A DNA stretch of 63,949 nt, counting the filler, from Thermoplasmatota archaeon (GTDB lineage: Archaea > Thermoplasmatota > E2 > JACPAO01 > JAHFTW01): NCBI GenBank assembly GCA_041623215.1. It is 3 parts of 3 records of this genome, joined end to end, with 100 filler letters (N's around TTAATTAATTAA, not from the genome) between each part and the next. Parts side by side here need not be neighbours in the genome. Positions count along the whole stretch, not along the records: positions 1 to 30,808 come from JBFJXH010000006.1; 2 more parts are not named here. The stretch is one strand, 5' to 3'. A program made the position numbers and the translations under genes. Under the pieces are notes generated by a model, which saw only the letters and a list, made by a program, of their open reading frames with translations, was not told where the DNA came from and ran no database searches. This document shows, one piece after another, positions 1 through 10,541 of this stretch; position 1 is the first letter of the stretch, and each line of letters begins with the position of its first letter.

Positions 1-90
1 ACCCACCATGACAACGGACACTGCCCCGCGAACGGAAACCGTTCGATCGCTTAAGGCGGGCACGCAAGCGTACCCACCATGACAACGGAC
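1..90. repeat. 19-bp direct repeat (71-bp period) duplicating the tRNA-Arg 3' end and flank
   Basis: ACCCACCATGACAACGGAC at 1-19 and 72-90; similarity continues as (a)CTGCCCCG; perfect hairpin CGAACGG-AAA-CCGTTCG at 29-45. Confidence 0.8.
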
Positions 91-159
91 CTGCCCCGAT
101 TCGAACAGGGGTCCTCGGCTCCGAAGGCCGAAAGGATATCCAGACTACCCTACAGGCCC
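86..159 (-). tRNA. tRNA-Arg (anticodon TCG)
   Basis: Reverse complement folds as a cloverleaf: acceptor GGGCCTG/CAGGTCC, anticodon arm TCGGC-CT TCG GA-GCCGA, T-arm CCCTG-TTCGAAT-CGGGG; CCA not encoded. Confidence 0.95.
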
Positions 160-205
160 AACTGGGTTGGGAGGAGAAAGGAAGGAGGGACGAATAGACT
201 GGCGC

Positions 206-943
206 CTATTCTTCTTCGCCGCCGACGTCGGCCACGACACCATCGGTGTCGCCTTCCGATTCGTCGCTGACGGCGGCGCCTTCATCTTCGGCCGGTTCCG
301 GTTCGGGTTCGGCGGGCTTGATGAGCGGCGTTTCATCCACTTCAATGGCAGGAGCGGTGAGCATCTCGGTCTTGGCGATTTCGACGCGGCGCACGGGGTG
401 AATCTTGCGGGCATCCTTGTAGATGCGGTTGGTCAAGTCACCGACCAGCACATCGGCCAGGAAGGCGCTGAGGTTCTGCTCGGCAGCAGCGGTCTCAATG
501 CGGTCCTTCATGATGCGGCGGATTTCCTGCATCTTGGTGGTCTGCGCACGGCGGTCGGTGATGGCGAATGGCTTGACGCGAACGCGGCTTCCATCCTTGG
601 TCTTGACATCGAAGACGGCACTGACCTTGCCAGCACCACGGCGCGTCAGGCGGCGCACGTAGTCACTGGTGTGTGCGTGGCCATCGAAGACCGTCTTGGC
701 TTGGTTGCCGCTGACTTCGGCGACCTTGAAGTTGAGCTTGACGTGCATTTGCTTGAAGTCGCCGGTGAGCTCTTGCAGGGTTGCTTCGACGCGGCGGCCT
801 TCGAGCTTGGCAGGGTCATCGGCTAGCGTCTCAGCCAGCACGTGGTTGTTGAAGGCAATCGGAGCGACGACCTTGTACCATTGCTTTGCCTTCCAGCGGT
901 CCTTGACGCGCCGGGCTGCTTGACGGGAGCGGGCTAGTGCCAT
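206..943 (-). CDS. rps3ae: 30S ribosomal protein S3Ae (eS1)
   Basis: KDRWKAKQWY, GRRVEATLQELTGD, DYVRRLTRR and KIHPVRRVEIAK motifs; acidic C-terminal tail. Confidence 0.95.
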   Translation of the reverse strand: MALARSRQAARRVKDRWKAKQWYKVVAPIAFNNHVLAETLADDPAKLEGRRVEATLQELTGDFKQMHVKLNFKVAEVSGNQAKTVFDGHAHTSDYVRRLTRRGAGKVSAVFDVKTKDGSRVRVKPFAITDRRAQTTKMQEIRRIMKDRIETAAAEQNLSAFLADVLVGDLTNRIYKDARKIHPVRRVEIAKTEMLTAPAIEVDETPLIKPAEPEPEPAEDEGAAVSDESEGDTDGVVADVGGEEE

Positions 944-1027
944 GGGGCGCGCGACAAAGGACCCCTATATGAGTGCTACCCACCACCAGAGCAGACCGAC
1001 GCCAACCCCATAAGAGAAAACGCTATT

Positions 1028-1043
1028 GTAACATATCTGTTAC
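1028..1043. promoter_or_regulatory. Palindromic operator candidate GTAACA-N4-TGTTAC
   Basis: Perfect 6-bp inverted repeat just upstream of the HTH gene start. Confidence 0.45.
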
Positions 1044-1050
1044 GAAAGTC

Positions 1051-1563
1051 GTGCTTGGCCCCAACCCACTGCTTGCCATGCTGGGCCGCCAAGGCCGCCC
1101 CGCGGTCGTGCGAGCGCTGCTCGAAGGCACCGAACAACCGTGGAACGTCCGTGGCCTCGCATCGGCGGCAGGGGTGACACCCATGACGGCCAGCCGCGCC
1201 ATCGGCGAATTGCTCGCCTTGGGCGTCGTTGACAAGGCCCTCGGCCGGCGCGACGCCCACATCCAAGTCCAACAACACCACCCCGCCGTCGCTTGGCTCC
1301 GCGACCTTTCACCCCCAGACCTTAGCGGCACCATTGTCACGACGTTCCTGGACGCCTACCAACAACCCGCCGGCGTCACACGGATTGCACAGCAAGAGAG
1401 CACCGCCGACGCCGTGCCCTTCCAGCCACCACGCATTACCATCCATTGCGTCGGCGACGACGAAGCCGCATGGGACGCCCTCGGGCCGGCACTGGACGCC
1501 GTCCGCCAACGCGCCCTGCCCGCTCCCGAAGTGGACGTCATCATGGACGACCGCGATTCCTAA
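1051..1563 (+). CDS. Winged-HTH protein with a possible degenerate nucleotidyltransferase-like C-terminal domain
   Basis: WNVRGLASAAGVTPMTASRAIGELLALGVV is HTH-like; start at GTG 1051 or ATG 1078. Confidence 0.6.
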   Translation: MLGPNPLLAMLGRQGRPAVVRALLEGTEQPWNVRGLASAAGVTPMTASRAIGELLALGVVDKALGRRDAHIQVQQHHPAVAWLRDLSPPDLSGTIVTTFLDAYQQPAGVTRIAQQESTADAVPFQPPRITIHCVGDDEAAWDALGPALDAVRQRALPAPEVDVIMDDRDS

Positions 1564-1601
1564 CCACCACGGCGCTGCCCCCCGAGCCGTTCGGCTCCGG
1601 C

Positions 1602-1802
1602 TCAAAATACGTTGCTCAGCAGGTACTCCAATCCGAGCCAAATAGCGACTCCGATGGCCACCAAGATCGCAATCTTGGCCAAGGTAAGCACCGACTTGAT
1701 GACGAACTTCAAGACCAGCAACGCCACCACGATGACAAGGACCGCGATGATGAGCGACAGGGGAATTCCTAGAATGGCCACGCCCTTCCATCCCCGCCCC
1801 AC
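1602..1802 (-). CDS. Small 2-TM membrane protein
   Basis: Two hydrophobic helices; may start at GTG 1781. Confidence 0.6.
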   Translation of the reverse strand: MGRGWKGVAILGIPLSLIIAVLVIVVALLVLKFVIKSVLTLAKIAILVAIGVAIWLGLEYLLSNVF

Positions 1803-1827
1803 TCATGAGGTTTGGCTGCGGGCCCGG

Positions 1828-2289
1828 TTACCGCTTTAGCTTTCGACGCAGCCGTCGCTTGTCGAGCCGATAGACCCACGTGTTCGGGTTGCCATCCTCC
1901 TTGACCCGAAGTGCCAGTGTCGCGTCACGGCCACGCGCAAACTCCAACAGGTTGGCCACAAATTCCGGCGTCTGGCCGGCCAGCGCCTCCGCTGCCTCCG
2001 CCTCATAGGTGTCGTAGTGAAAGGGAAACCGCACGCCGGTGGCAACGGTCTTGATGGTGCCATCTCCCCGCAGCCCGGTAATCGTCACCAGTTCGCCTGT
2101 CATTTGCCGCTCGTGAGCCCCGGCACCTAAGGTCGGATTGGGGAACCATGCGTTGCACGCCGTGCACAGCAGTTCTCCGACGGTATCCAACCCCTCTACG
2201 TCCTCGTGGTCTTCCAGAACTCGGACGAGAATGCCGTCCTTGAATGCCATGAACAAATCGGTGCTCGCGCATTCAGGGCACGCATACAT
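1828..2289 (-). CDS. Zn-ribbon hypothetical protein
   Basis: CPEC...CTAC; CTTAAG TATA-like box about 25 nt upstream. Confidence 0.7.
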   Translation of the reverse strand: MYACPECASTDLFMAFKDGILVRVLEDHEDVEGLDTVGELLCTACNAWFPNPTLGAGAHERQMTGELVTITGLRGDGTIKTVATGVRFPFHYDTYEAEAAEALAGQTPEFVANLLEFARGRDATLALRVKEDGNPNTWVYRLDKRRLRRKLKR

Positions 2290-2351
2290 GGTGTTCTTGG
2301 ACCTACCAAATCGGCTTAAGGAGGTCGGTCGGGGGCGGAAAGCTCCACGCC

Positions 2352-2720
2352 TTATTCCATGCCCACGACCGCTTGGGGCTCGCCCTGGCGCGCAAAGCCA
2401 CCGCCGGGATGAAGTTCATGCGGCGTGCCACAATTGCTGCAATAGGCGGTACGCGGCAAGTCGTCATCACTCGCAAACCGCATCCGCTCATCACACACGG
2501 TGCAGACGACGCTGAGGCCACCTCCTGGCAGGGGGGCCAAATGCACGGACGGGTCACCCAGGGGAACCTTGCGCACGAGAACGGCGCCGCGGTCCGTGTT
2601 CATGATGTATTCCTCGACTGGGCCGCGCACGCGCCAGCCGTTCAGGATGAGAATACCGGGGTGCCGGCGTCGCGCCGCGGCTACCACCCAGGTGGGCAGA
2701 GTAACCGGTTCCTTGGTCAT
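2352..2720 (-). CDS. Zn-ribbon hypothetical protein
   Basis: CTVC...CSNC; ATG 2720 overlaps the upstream stop (ATGA). Confidence 0.65.
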   Translation of the reverse strand: MTKEPVTLPTWVVAAARRRHPGILILNGWRVRGPVEEYIMNTDRGAVLVRKVPLGDPSVHLAPLPGGGLSVVCTVCDERMRFASDDDLPRTAYCSNCGTPHELHPGGGFARQGEPQAVVGME

Positions 2721-2956
2721 CGGTGTCCCCCATACGACGTGCTTGCCACATCCTCCACATCCGCCAACATGGCGCGCGGCGATGGCCCGGCCAGCAGGAT
2801 GACAATGATTCCTGCCAGGTACACTGCATAGCCAATCCAGATGAGGCGACTCCACAAGCCGTCATGATTGGTTTGGTCCCACCACGTTGCCAGCCACAGG
2901 AGCACGCCTACGACCATGCTGAGTCGCAATAACCGTCGGATCAATTCGAATGTCAT
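2717..2956 (-). CDS. Small 2-TM membrane protein
   Basis: Two hydrophobic segments; ATGA overlaps on both sides. Confidence 0.65.
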   Translation of the reverse strand: MTFELIRRLLRLSMVVGVLLWLATWWDQTNHDGLWSRLIWIGYAVYLAGIIVILLAGPSPRAMLADVEDVASTSYGGHR

Positions 2957-3822
2957 AATCGGAACCTCACAGCCAAACCATACATGGCCAGGACGAGGCC
3001 CGTGCCACTCAGCCCGGCGGCCGTTACCATGGACCAGGGCAAGTCATCAATGCCGCGCACCAGCACTGGCGCCTGACTCACCAAGCCTCGAATGCCACTA
3101 GGCGCCTCGGCGCCATCATACTCCAGGATCAAGCCGCCGCTGGCACCATCAACCGTGACCACAAGGCGCACGGCAGAGCCGGCTGGCAACGCCGCCTGAT
3201 TGACGTCCAAATCTAGGACAATCGTGGTATCGGAATTCGCCGCCAGGCTCAGCATTCGGGAATCGGCCGCAATCGTGGTGGTCGGACCATTGGGCGGAAG
3301 CACGACCAAGCGGGCATGAATCTCGCCCGTCACATGCAGTTGTCCCCGCACGTGTAGCACCAGCGCTGCCGTCCCCACGAGTTCCCTGTCGTCGGGTGCC
3401 AACCCAGTGGCAATCCATGACCGCCGGCCGTCGGCCTGACCAAGGACCGGCGCCACGGTGTCCTGGGTCCCGTCGCCCGTCGGCGGGGCATCCCACATCA
3501 CTAGGTCGTTGGGATAGCCATCCTCATCGGCAGCGCGGGCCGTCAAGTAAAGGTCCGTGCTGGTGGGGCCGACATCCTCATCTCCGGGTTGAGGAGCCCC
3601 ATCCAGCTTCGGAGACCCGCCCGAGGCCCACGCCGCGCCGTTGTCCCCCAGCGCGTTGATGGCGTCGAGCCCCGGGCCGGGGTTCACATGCAACGCCGCA
3701 GCAGCAGGACTGGCGGCAACGGCGACGACCGCGACGACGAGCGCCGCGACGACCGCTGCTGGCGTCCTCACCACGGTGCCTTGCACGGGCCAACGATTCG
3801 CCCATCCCACTTGAATGCTCAT
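2953..3822 (-). CDS. Secreted protein with C-terminal membrane anchor
   Basis: Signal-peptide-like N-terminus, beta-rich body, C-terminal TM plus RFRL; start uncertain. Confidence 0.7.
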   Translation of the reverse strand: MSIQVGWANRWPVQGTVVRTPAAVVAALVVAVVAVAASPAAAALHVNPGPGLDAINALGDNGAAWASGGSPKLDGAPQPGDEDVGPTSTDLYLTARAADEDGYPNDLVMWDAPPTGDGTQDTVAPVLGQADGRRSWIATGLAPDDRELVGTAALVLHVRGQLHVTGEIHARLVVLPPNGPTTTIAADSRMLSLAANSDTTIVLDLDVNQAALPAGSAVRLVVTVDGASGGLILEYDGAEAPSGIRGLVSQAPVLVRGIDDLPWSMVTAAGLSGTGLVLAMYGLAVRFRL

Positions 3823-3873
3823 CTTGCCGCCCCTCGCCTACTGCTTGAAATATCAAGAGACAGGTCGTCCGGT

Positions 3874-5028
3874 GTGCCATTCCCGTCCTTCGACCACGCG
3901 GCCTTCTTGGCGGCCGGCCATGACGTGCCGCACGCGCTGGGGGGCAGTGCATTCGAGCGCACTCGGCCGTTGCCCCCGCCCGCCGGCGGCGAACCTGGAG
4001 CCGGAGACATGCATTTGGCCACCCCGGCAGCCTTGGCCGACGATGTCGGCCGGTTTTGGACCGTGCCTGCATCCGGCGTAGTGGCGACTTGCGGCACAAC
4101 GGGCGCCAACACCGCCACCCTGCTAGCAGCCTACTCGCGCCACAAGGCGCGCAGGCGACACGGCGGCGGCCAGGCGAACGCTGATGGCCACATCGTCGTG
4201 GAGCGACCCACCTACCAGCCCTTGATGGGTGTCGCACAGGGCCTGGGAATCCACGTCACGAGCGTGGACCGAGACCCGTCGCAGGGCTGGCGGCTGCGCC
4301 CGGACGCTGTTGCGGACGCGGTGGACGATGATTGCTTCCTCGTCGTCCTGGCAAGCCCGAACAACCCAACGGGCGCCGCCTCGTCCGCGGCGGACCTCGC
4401 CGCCCTTGCTGGCGCTGCCGCCAGCCACGACGCCTGGACGTTGGTGGACCAGGTCTACCAGCCCTTGACCGACGTTCCGGTCGCCGCTGTGCCCAACAGC
4501 GCGGATGAAGGCGCCTTGCCCGGCATGATTGCGACGGCCGGGTTCAACAAGACCTTCGGTGCGGCATCTCTTCGAACTGGGTGGCTGGCCAGCGATGAGG
4601 AAACAGCCGCCGCCATCCAGAAAGCGCACGTCCTGACTCACCTCTCCCCTCCCGCCGCGGGCGTTGCCATCGGACGCGCACTGCTCGCCGAAGCGGACGC
4701 ATGCCGTTTGGACTTGGCCGAGCGCATTGCCGAAAACCGTGCGCGCTTCGATAGCTGGTGCCGGGAATCCGGGGCACTCGCGGCCCCGCCCCAGAGCGGC
4801 GATGCCTACCTAGCACCCCACAACCCGCTCACCATTTTCCCACGCCTCGAAGGCACTAACGACACCCTGGCCTTTTGCCAAGCCGCGCGGGCGGCTGGCA
4901 TTCTCGTCCTGCCCGGCGAGTTCTTTGGCCACCCCGGCCACGTGCGCATCGGACTCGGCGGCGATCCGCACCGGTTTGCCCGCGCGTTGGCCGCCTTCGA
5001 GGCGCTCCTCAAGCAGACCGCCGCGTGA
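3874..5028 (+). CDS. PLP-dependent aminotransferase class I/II
   Basis: SPNNPTG, DQVY, GFNKTFG (PLP Lys), LRTGW, PGEFFG, HVRIG; start taken as GTG 3874. Confidence 0.9.
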   Translation: MPFPSFDHAAFLAAGHDVPHALGGSAFERTRPLPPPAGGEPGAGDMHLATPAALADDVGRFWTVPASGVVATCGTTGANTATLLAAYSRHKARRRHGGGQANADGHIVVERPTYQPLMGVAQGLGIHVTSVDRDPSQGWRLRPDAVADAVDDDCFLVVLASPNNPTGAASSAADLAALAGAAASHDAWTLVDQVYQPLTDVPVAAVPNSADEGALPGMIATAGFNKTFGAASLRTGWLASDEETAAAIQKAHVLTHLSPPAAGVAIGRALLAEADACRLDLAERIAENRARFDSWCRESGALAAPPQSGDAYLAPHNPLTIFPRLEGTNDTLAFCQAARAAGILVLPGEFFGHPGHVRIGLGGDPHRFARALAAFEALLKQTAA

Positions 5029-5053
5029 CAAGACTCAAGAATAGCCACGCCCG

Positions 5054-6280
5054 GTGAGCCCCATGGCCTTGCCCCGCATCGGACACTTCGGCTTGCCTGC
5101 CGTGCTGCTGGCGCTTCTGCCCCTCATTGCCCTCATTGTTCACGCATCCGCGCCGTTCATTGTACTCAGCGAGAACGGCGAAACGAACGAATTTACTGCC
5201 ACCGAAACGGAGGACGCGTTTGGCGACTCCGAGCTCGGTCCCGCAGCTAGCCCGAACCTGATTCTGGCCGGTCTCATCGTGGCGACCGTGGCGGGCTTTG
5301 GCCTACTTGTGTTTGGCTTTACGCCCTTGCCCAAAGAGGCGGTCCGTTGGATTGGATGGGGCACCATCGCCGTTGCCTTTGTTGGCCTTGGTATGGCGTT
5401 CCACACCAGCATGTTGTGGACTGGTTCCGGGCTCGGTCTGCCGCACCCCGAGGCCTTCGAGGGCGGCGCCCAAGCTGCCGATCAAAGCTTCGAGTACACC
5501 ATCCCCGGATGGGGGGGTGGAAGTCCGCAAACATTCCAATTCACCATGCCCATGTTCTTTTGGAGTATGACGGGCGGCTTCACCGGTGTGCTGGAAAGTA
5601 TGGCTGGCACCGACCACGGGACTTCCGTTTGGGTCGTAAGCCCCGCCATCACGGCACTCTTTACGGCGGCGGCCCTCGTGCTGGGGCTCGTGGCCATCAG
5701 CGGCCTCATCTCCACGAAGGGCGACGCACGCCACGACGCCAGCCGGCACCTCGGCGTGAGCCTACTTGGCATCGGCATCCTCCTGGTGACCATGCTGGTG
5801 CCGTGGAGCATCGGCGAACTCACGGACAGCGAAGGAGCCGGAGACCAAGACTACTTCTTCTTTGGAGCCCGCACGATTCTTGCTGCCGAAGATGTCAGCG
5901 ACGGCGAGTCCTTCAGCGGTCTTGCCTACACCATCAACGTCCTCATGGCGACGGGGTGGACTGCCTTCGCGGCGGGTATCCTCGGCTCCCTGGGCGGGCT
6001 CCTTCGGTCGTCGGGCGTGTCTGCTGCTTCAGCCCGGCACCTCGATTGGGCGGTGATTCCCGCCCTTGTGCTTGGTTTCTGGAGTGCCATGGCATACGTG
6101 GTGTATTGGACGTACCAATGGCGCCCCTTCAGCGGCGCCGACGGCTGGCAGCCCGGTTGGTTCCCCATCCTCCTACTGCCCTTGTTCGTCCTCCTGGGAT
6201 GGCAAATGGTGCGCATTGCTCGCGGCTTACAAATCCCGCAAGACGCCGGACAAGGCAGGGCCTTCCACAGCTTCGACTGA
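5054..6280 (+). CDS. Multi-pass membrane hypothetical protein
   Basis: About 8 TM segments with acidic extracellular loops. Confidence 0.75.
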   Translation: MSPMALPRIGHFGLPAVLLALLPLIALIVHASAPFIVLSENGETNEFTATETEDAFGDSELGPAASPNLILAGLIVATVAGFGLLVFGFTPLPKEAVRWIGWGTIAVAFVGLGMAFHTSMLWTGSGLGLPHPEAFEGGAQAADQSFEYTIPGWGGGSPQTFQFTMPMFFWSMTGGFTGVLESMAGTDHGTSVWVVSPAITALFTAAALVLGLVAISGLISTKGDARHDASRHLGVSLLGIGILLVTMLVPWSIGELTDSEGAGDQDYFFFGARTILAAEDVSDGESFSGLAYTINVLMATGWTAFAAGILGSLGGLLRSSGVSAASARHLDWAVIPALVLGFWSAMAYVVYWTYQWRPFSGADGWQPGWFPILLLPLFVLLGWQMVRIARGLQIPQDAGQGRAFHSFD

Positions 6281-6324
6281 GCGGCCCAACCTACCCCCAG
6301 CCTGGCTACCTTGGCTTCCGCTGA

Positions 6325-7653
<1,329 letters not shown>

Positions 7654-7738
7654 GCAAACGAAAGCAGCCAGCCGCATCGTCGGGAAAATTCCCGACCACA
7701 AACGACCCACCATATGGCGGCGCCGACCATGCTAACCC

Positions 7739-9775
7739 ATGGCCCGCACCATGGTCGCACCCACCGTTACGCTTGCATTGCTGCTGCTCATCCCTATTGG
7801 CCTACCCGCTGCCGCGGCCAGCGAACCCATGCCACCAGCAGGGACGATTTGGACCGTCTTTACCACCGTGGAAGCCAACGTGGTCGATGACCACGCGGTG
7901 GTGAAGGTCATCGCAGACATCGGCAACCGCGGCCCAGACCCCGAGTTTCCCTTCCTTGTTCAGGTGCCATCGGGCGCCTACGTCACGGGCTTAACGATTG
8001 AGCGCGACGGAGAGATTCATACGGCGCGGATTGAAGAGCGCGATGCCGCCCGCCAGGAATACGAAGCGCACAAGTCGCGCGAGGAAACCGGCGGCCTCGT
8101 GGAGAAGCAACGCGGCAGTGACGCCTACGCCTACCTCATCAATGTAGCCGAATTTACGAGCGTCCGGGCCACCCTGACGTACGAGCAACTGTTGTCCCCC
8201 CGCGACGGCGACTATGTTTTGGACCTCCAAGCCCCCGTCTCTGGCTTTGGCCAAGATCTCGGCGCCGCCTTCGATGTCTCCATTGCCTCCAGCGAAGGCG
8301 TGACCTCCGCTTGGACCGCCCCACCATCCGAACAGTACCCTGCCGAAGCAGGCGTACTTCGCCACTACTACCGCGTCGGCGCGCGACCCACGGACGACGC
8401 AACGCCGTTTACCGTCACGTACCGGTTGCCCCCCACTCCTGAAGCTGGGCGCTTGCAGACCGCGATTGTAGATGGGGAAGGCATGTTTCTGCACCGTTTG
8501 CGGCTGCCCGCCACGGCGGCCAGCGACTTGCCCGTGGACCTTGTGATGGTGCTGGATACCAGTGGCAGCATGAGCGGCCTCAAGCTCGACCAGATGCAAG
8601 ATGCTGCGAGGCAACTCGTCGGGCGCCTAGACGCCGACGACCGGTTGGCCCTGGTGCCCTTTAGCAGCAATCCCTTGCCTGCATGGAGCGGCTTACGCGC
8701 TGCGACGAATGAAACGCGCAGCGAGGCGATGGAGCGGATTGACAACTTGTTCGCCGGGGGAGGCACCAATACTCGCGACGCCGTGGGCGCCGGGTTTGCG
8801 GCCCTCTCAGACGCGACGGGCGACACCGTCGCCAACGACCAGCCAATTCCGGGCCGCGTACAAATCGTGCTGTTTCTGACCGACGGCATGGGTAACGGCG
8901 GCCGCGAAGAGGCGGTCCAGTTGAATACCATGGAAGCTCGAGTATTCGGCGTCTCGTTCGGCGCCGGCGCTGATACCGCCTTCGTGGCGGGCCTAGCCCG
9001 CGATGGCGGCGGTGCCTTCATCCACATCCCGGAGGGCGTCGGAGCCGAAGTGGATTTGGCCGACTTCATGACACGACTCACCGCCCCGGTTGCCACTGAT
9101 ATCCAGGTCACCTACACCACGCCCGGCGTGACCTGGTTCGCCGTCACCCCTGGCACCTTGTTTGCAGGCGACGCCTACGTCGTCGTTGGGACATTCCCGT
9201 GGGCTAACGGGCGCCTCGCAGGCACCTTATCGTGGACGACCGACACGGCGCACAACGCAAGCTTTGACGTCGCCATCAGCCCGGCCAGTTGGGCCCCCCA
9301 ATGGACCCGCGCGGTCATTGCGTACCAGTTGAAGGACCTAGAAGCACGCATCGCAGCCGGCGAGCCTAGCCTGGAAGCTGACCTCACCGCACTCGCCCTC
9401 AAGCACGGCTACGTGACGGATACCACCAGTCTGGTCCTGACGTTGGCCCCACGGGCCGTGGGTTCGGATGATTGCTGCTGGGAGCCAGAAGCCATGGGTG
9501 AGGCGGCCGATTCCCCCATGACGGCCACAACGAGACCTGGTGGCTCGGCGTCCCAAGACCCTGCCGCTGACGCATCCGACAGCGCACCCGGCCCCGGCCG
9601 GGCTGGCGGCCAAGGCGCAGGCAATGCAGGCGGAGTCGGTGGCGATGCAGACCACGGTCTGACCCTTGAGGGCCCCCGCGACGACGCCGAAGCTGAAGCA
9701 ACCCCGTCACCCCTATGGGCTCTCCTAGCGGCCCTTTGCGCCGCGGCCGTGGTGGCCCGCCGACGCGTTCGATGA
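7739..9775 (+). CDS. Secreted VIT + vWA domain protein with C-terminal anchor
   Basis: Signal peptide, VIT-like N-domain, MIDAS DTSGSM...GGT...LTDG, tail TPSP-TM-RRRVR. Confidence 0.85.
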   Translation: MARTMVAPTVTLALLLLIPIGLPAAAASEPMPPAGTIWTVFTTVEANVVDDHAVVKVIADIGNRGPDPEFPFLVQVPSGAYVTGLTIERDGEIHTARIEERDAARQEYEAHKSREETGGLVEKQRGSDAYAYLINVAEFTSVRATLTYEQLLSPRDGDYVLDLQAPVSGFGQDLGAAFDVSIASSEGVTSAWTAPPSEQYPAEAGVLRHYYRVGARPTDDATPFTVTYRLPPTPEAGRLQTAIVDGEGMFLHRLRLPATAASDLPVDLVMVLDTSGSMSGLKLDQMQDAARQLVGRLDADDRLALVPFSSNPLPAWSGLRAATNETRSEAMERIDNLFAGGGTNTRDAVGAGFAALSDATGDTVANDQPIPGRVQIVLFLTDGMGNGGREEAVQLNTMEARVFGVSFGAGADTAFVAGLARDGGGAFIHIPEGVGAEVDLADFMTRLTAPVATDIQVTYTTPGVTWFAVTPGTLFAGDAYVVVGTFPWANGRLAGTLSWTTDTAHNASFDVAISPASWAPQWTRAVIAYQLKDLEARIAAGEPSLEADLTALALKHGYVTDTTSLVLTLAPRAVGSDDCCWEPEAMGEAADSPMTATTRPGGSASQDPAADASDSAPGPGRAGGQGAGNAGGVGGDADHGLTLEGPRDDAEAEATPSPLWALLAALCAAAVVARRRVR

Positions 9776-9984
9776 GCCTCGCACCCCTCCCCGCGCGGCC
9801 GACAGCTGTGCCAAGTCACCTCTACCCCCTTCCGCTTCCGCTCCTGCGATGCGCGGTGCCAGGCCATCCCGCCCCGTCGCGATAAGGTCGTCCGTCCCGC
9901 CACCCAACCCAACCTCGAGCAGGGCAGGGCGGTTTCGCCAACCTCGCCACAACCCTTACCGCATCGAAGCGAGCTGTGGCCTCC

Positions 9985-10503
9985 ATGCAGCGGCTACTGA
10001 CATTCCTGGCGATTTCCTTCACGCTCGCGTTGGCGGGGTGCCTAGGCAACGACGAAGCATCCCACCCGACCGATGACGTTGCCCTCGATGCGGAGCCAGG
10101 CAGCAATGCAACCGCTGCCCCACCCGAGTCCGTACTCGTCGCCGAACGTGATGTTCCCACAGGAGGAATCGCGGAGGCAGATTTCCTGTGCGTCTCGGGG
10201 GGGACCGACTTCTATGACTTGCCACAACCCAATCCCATTCCCGCAGCGACGACCCTTTTGCGCTTCGAGGTGCAAAGTGGCCCGACCACCACCGGGGTCC
10301 AGGCAGGCTATGAAACAGCCGACGGCATCACTTGGCTCGACGTCGTAAGCAACGGCCAAAGCACGTTCCTGTGGGAGGTTCCTCCTGGCATCGACCTGGA
10401 CGCATTGTCGTTCAAGTACCAATTGAACACGCCCGCCCAGCAGGATTGCTACACCGGAGCCAGCGTTGGCGACTACAGCATCAAGGTGTTTGCCGAAACA
10501 TAA
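9985..10503 (+). CDS. Hypothetical lipoprotein
   Basis: Lipobox LAGC after a hydrophobic stretch. Confidence 0.75.
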   Translation: MQRLLTFLAISFTLALAGCLGNDEASHPTDDVALDAEPGSNATAAPPESVLVAERDVPTGGIAEADFLCVSGGTDFYDLPQPNPIPAATTLLRFEVQSGPTTTGVQAGYETADGITWLDVVSNGQSTFLWEVPPGIDLDALSFKYQLNTPAQQDCYTGASVGDYSIKVFAET

Positions 10504-10541
10504 GCCGGTGGCCTGAAACCAGCGGCCATTGTGGCGCCAAT

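Noticed and set aside
3589..3873. N-terminal extensions of ORF-track calls (also amt, icd, the ABC ATPase, the CARF gene, the lipid kinase)
   Set aside because: Family similarity begins at downstream starts, and the extensions overlap neighbouring genes or promoters
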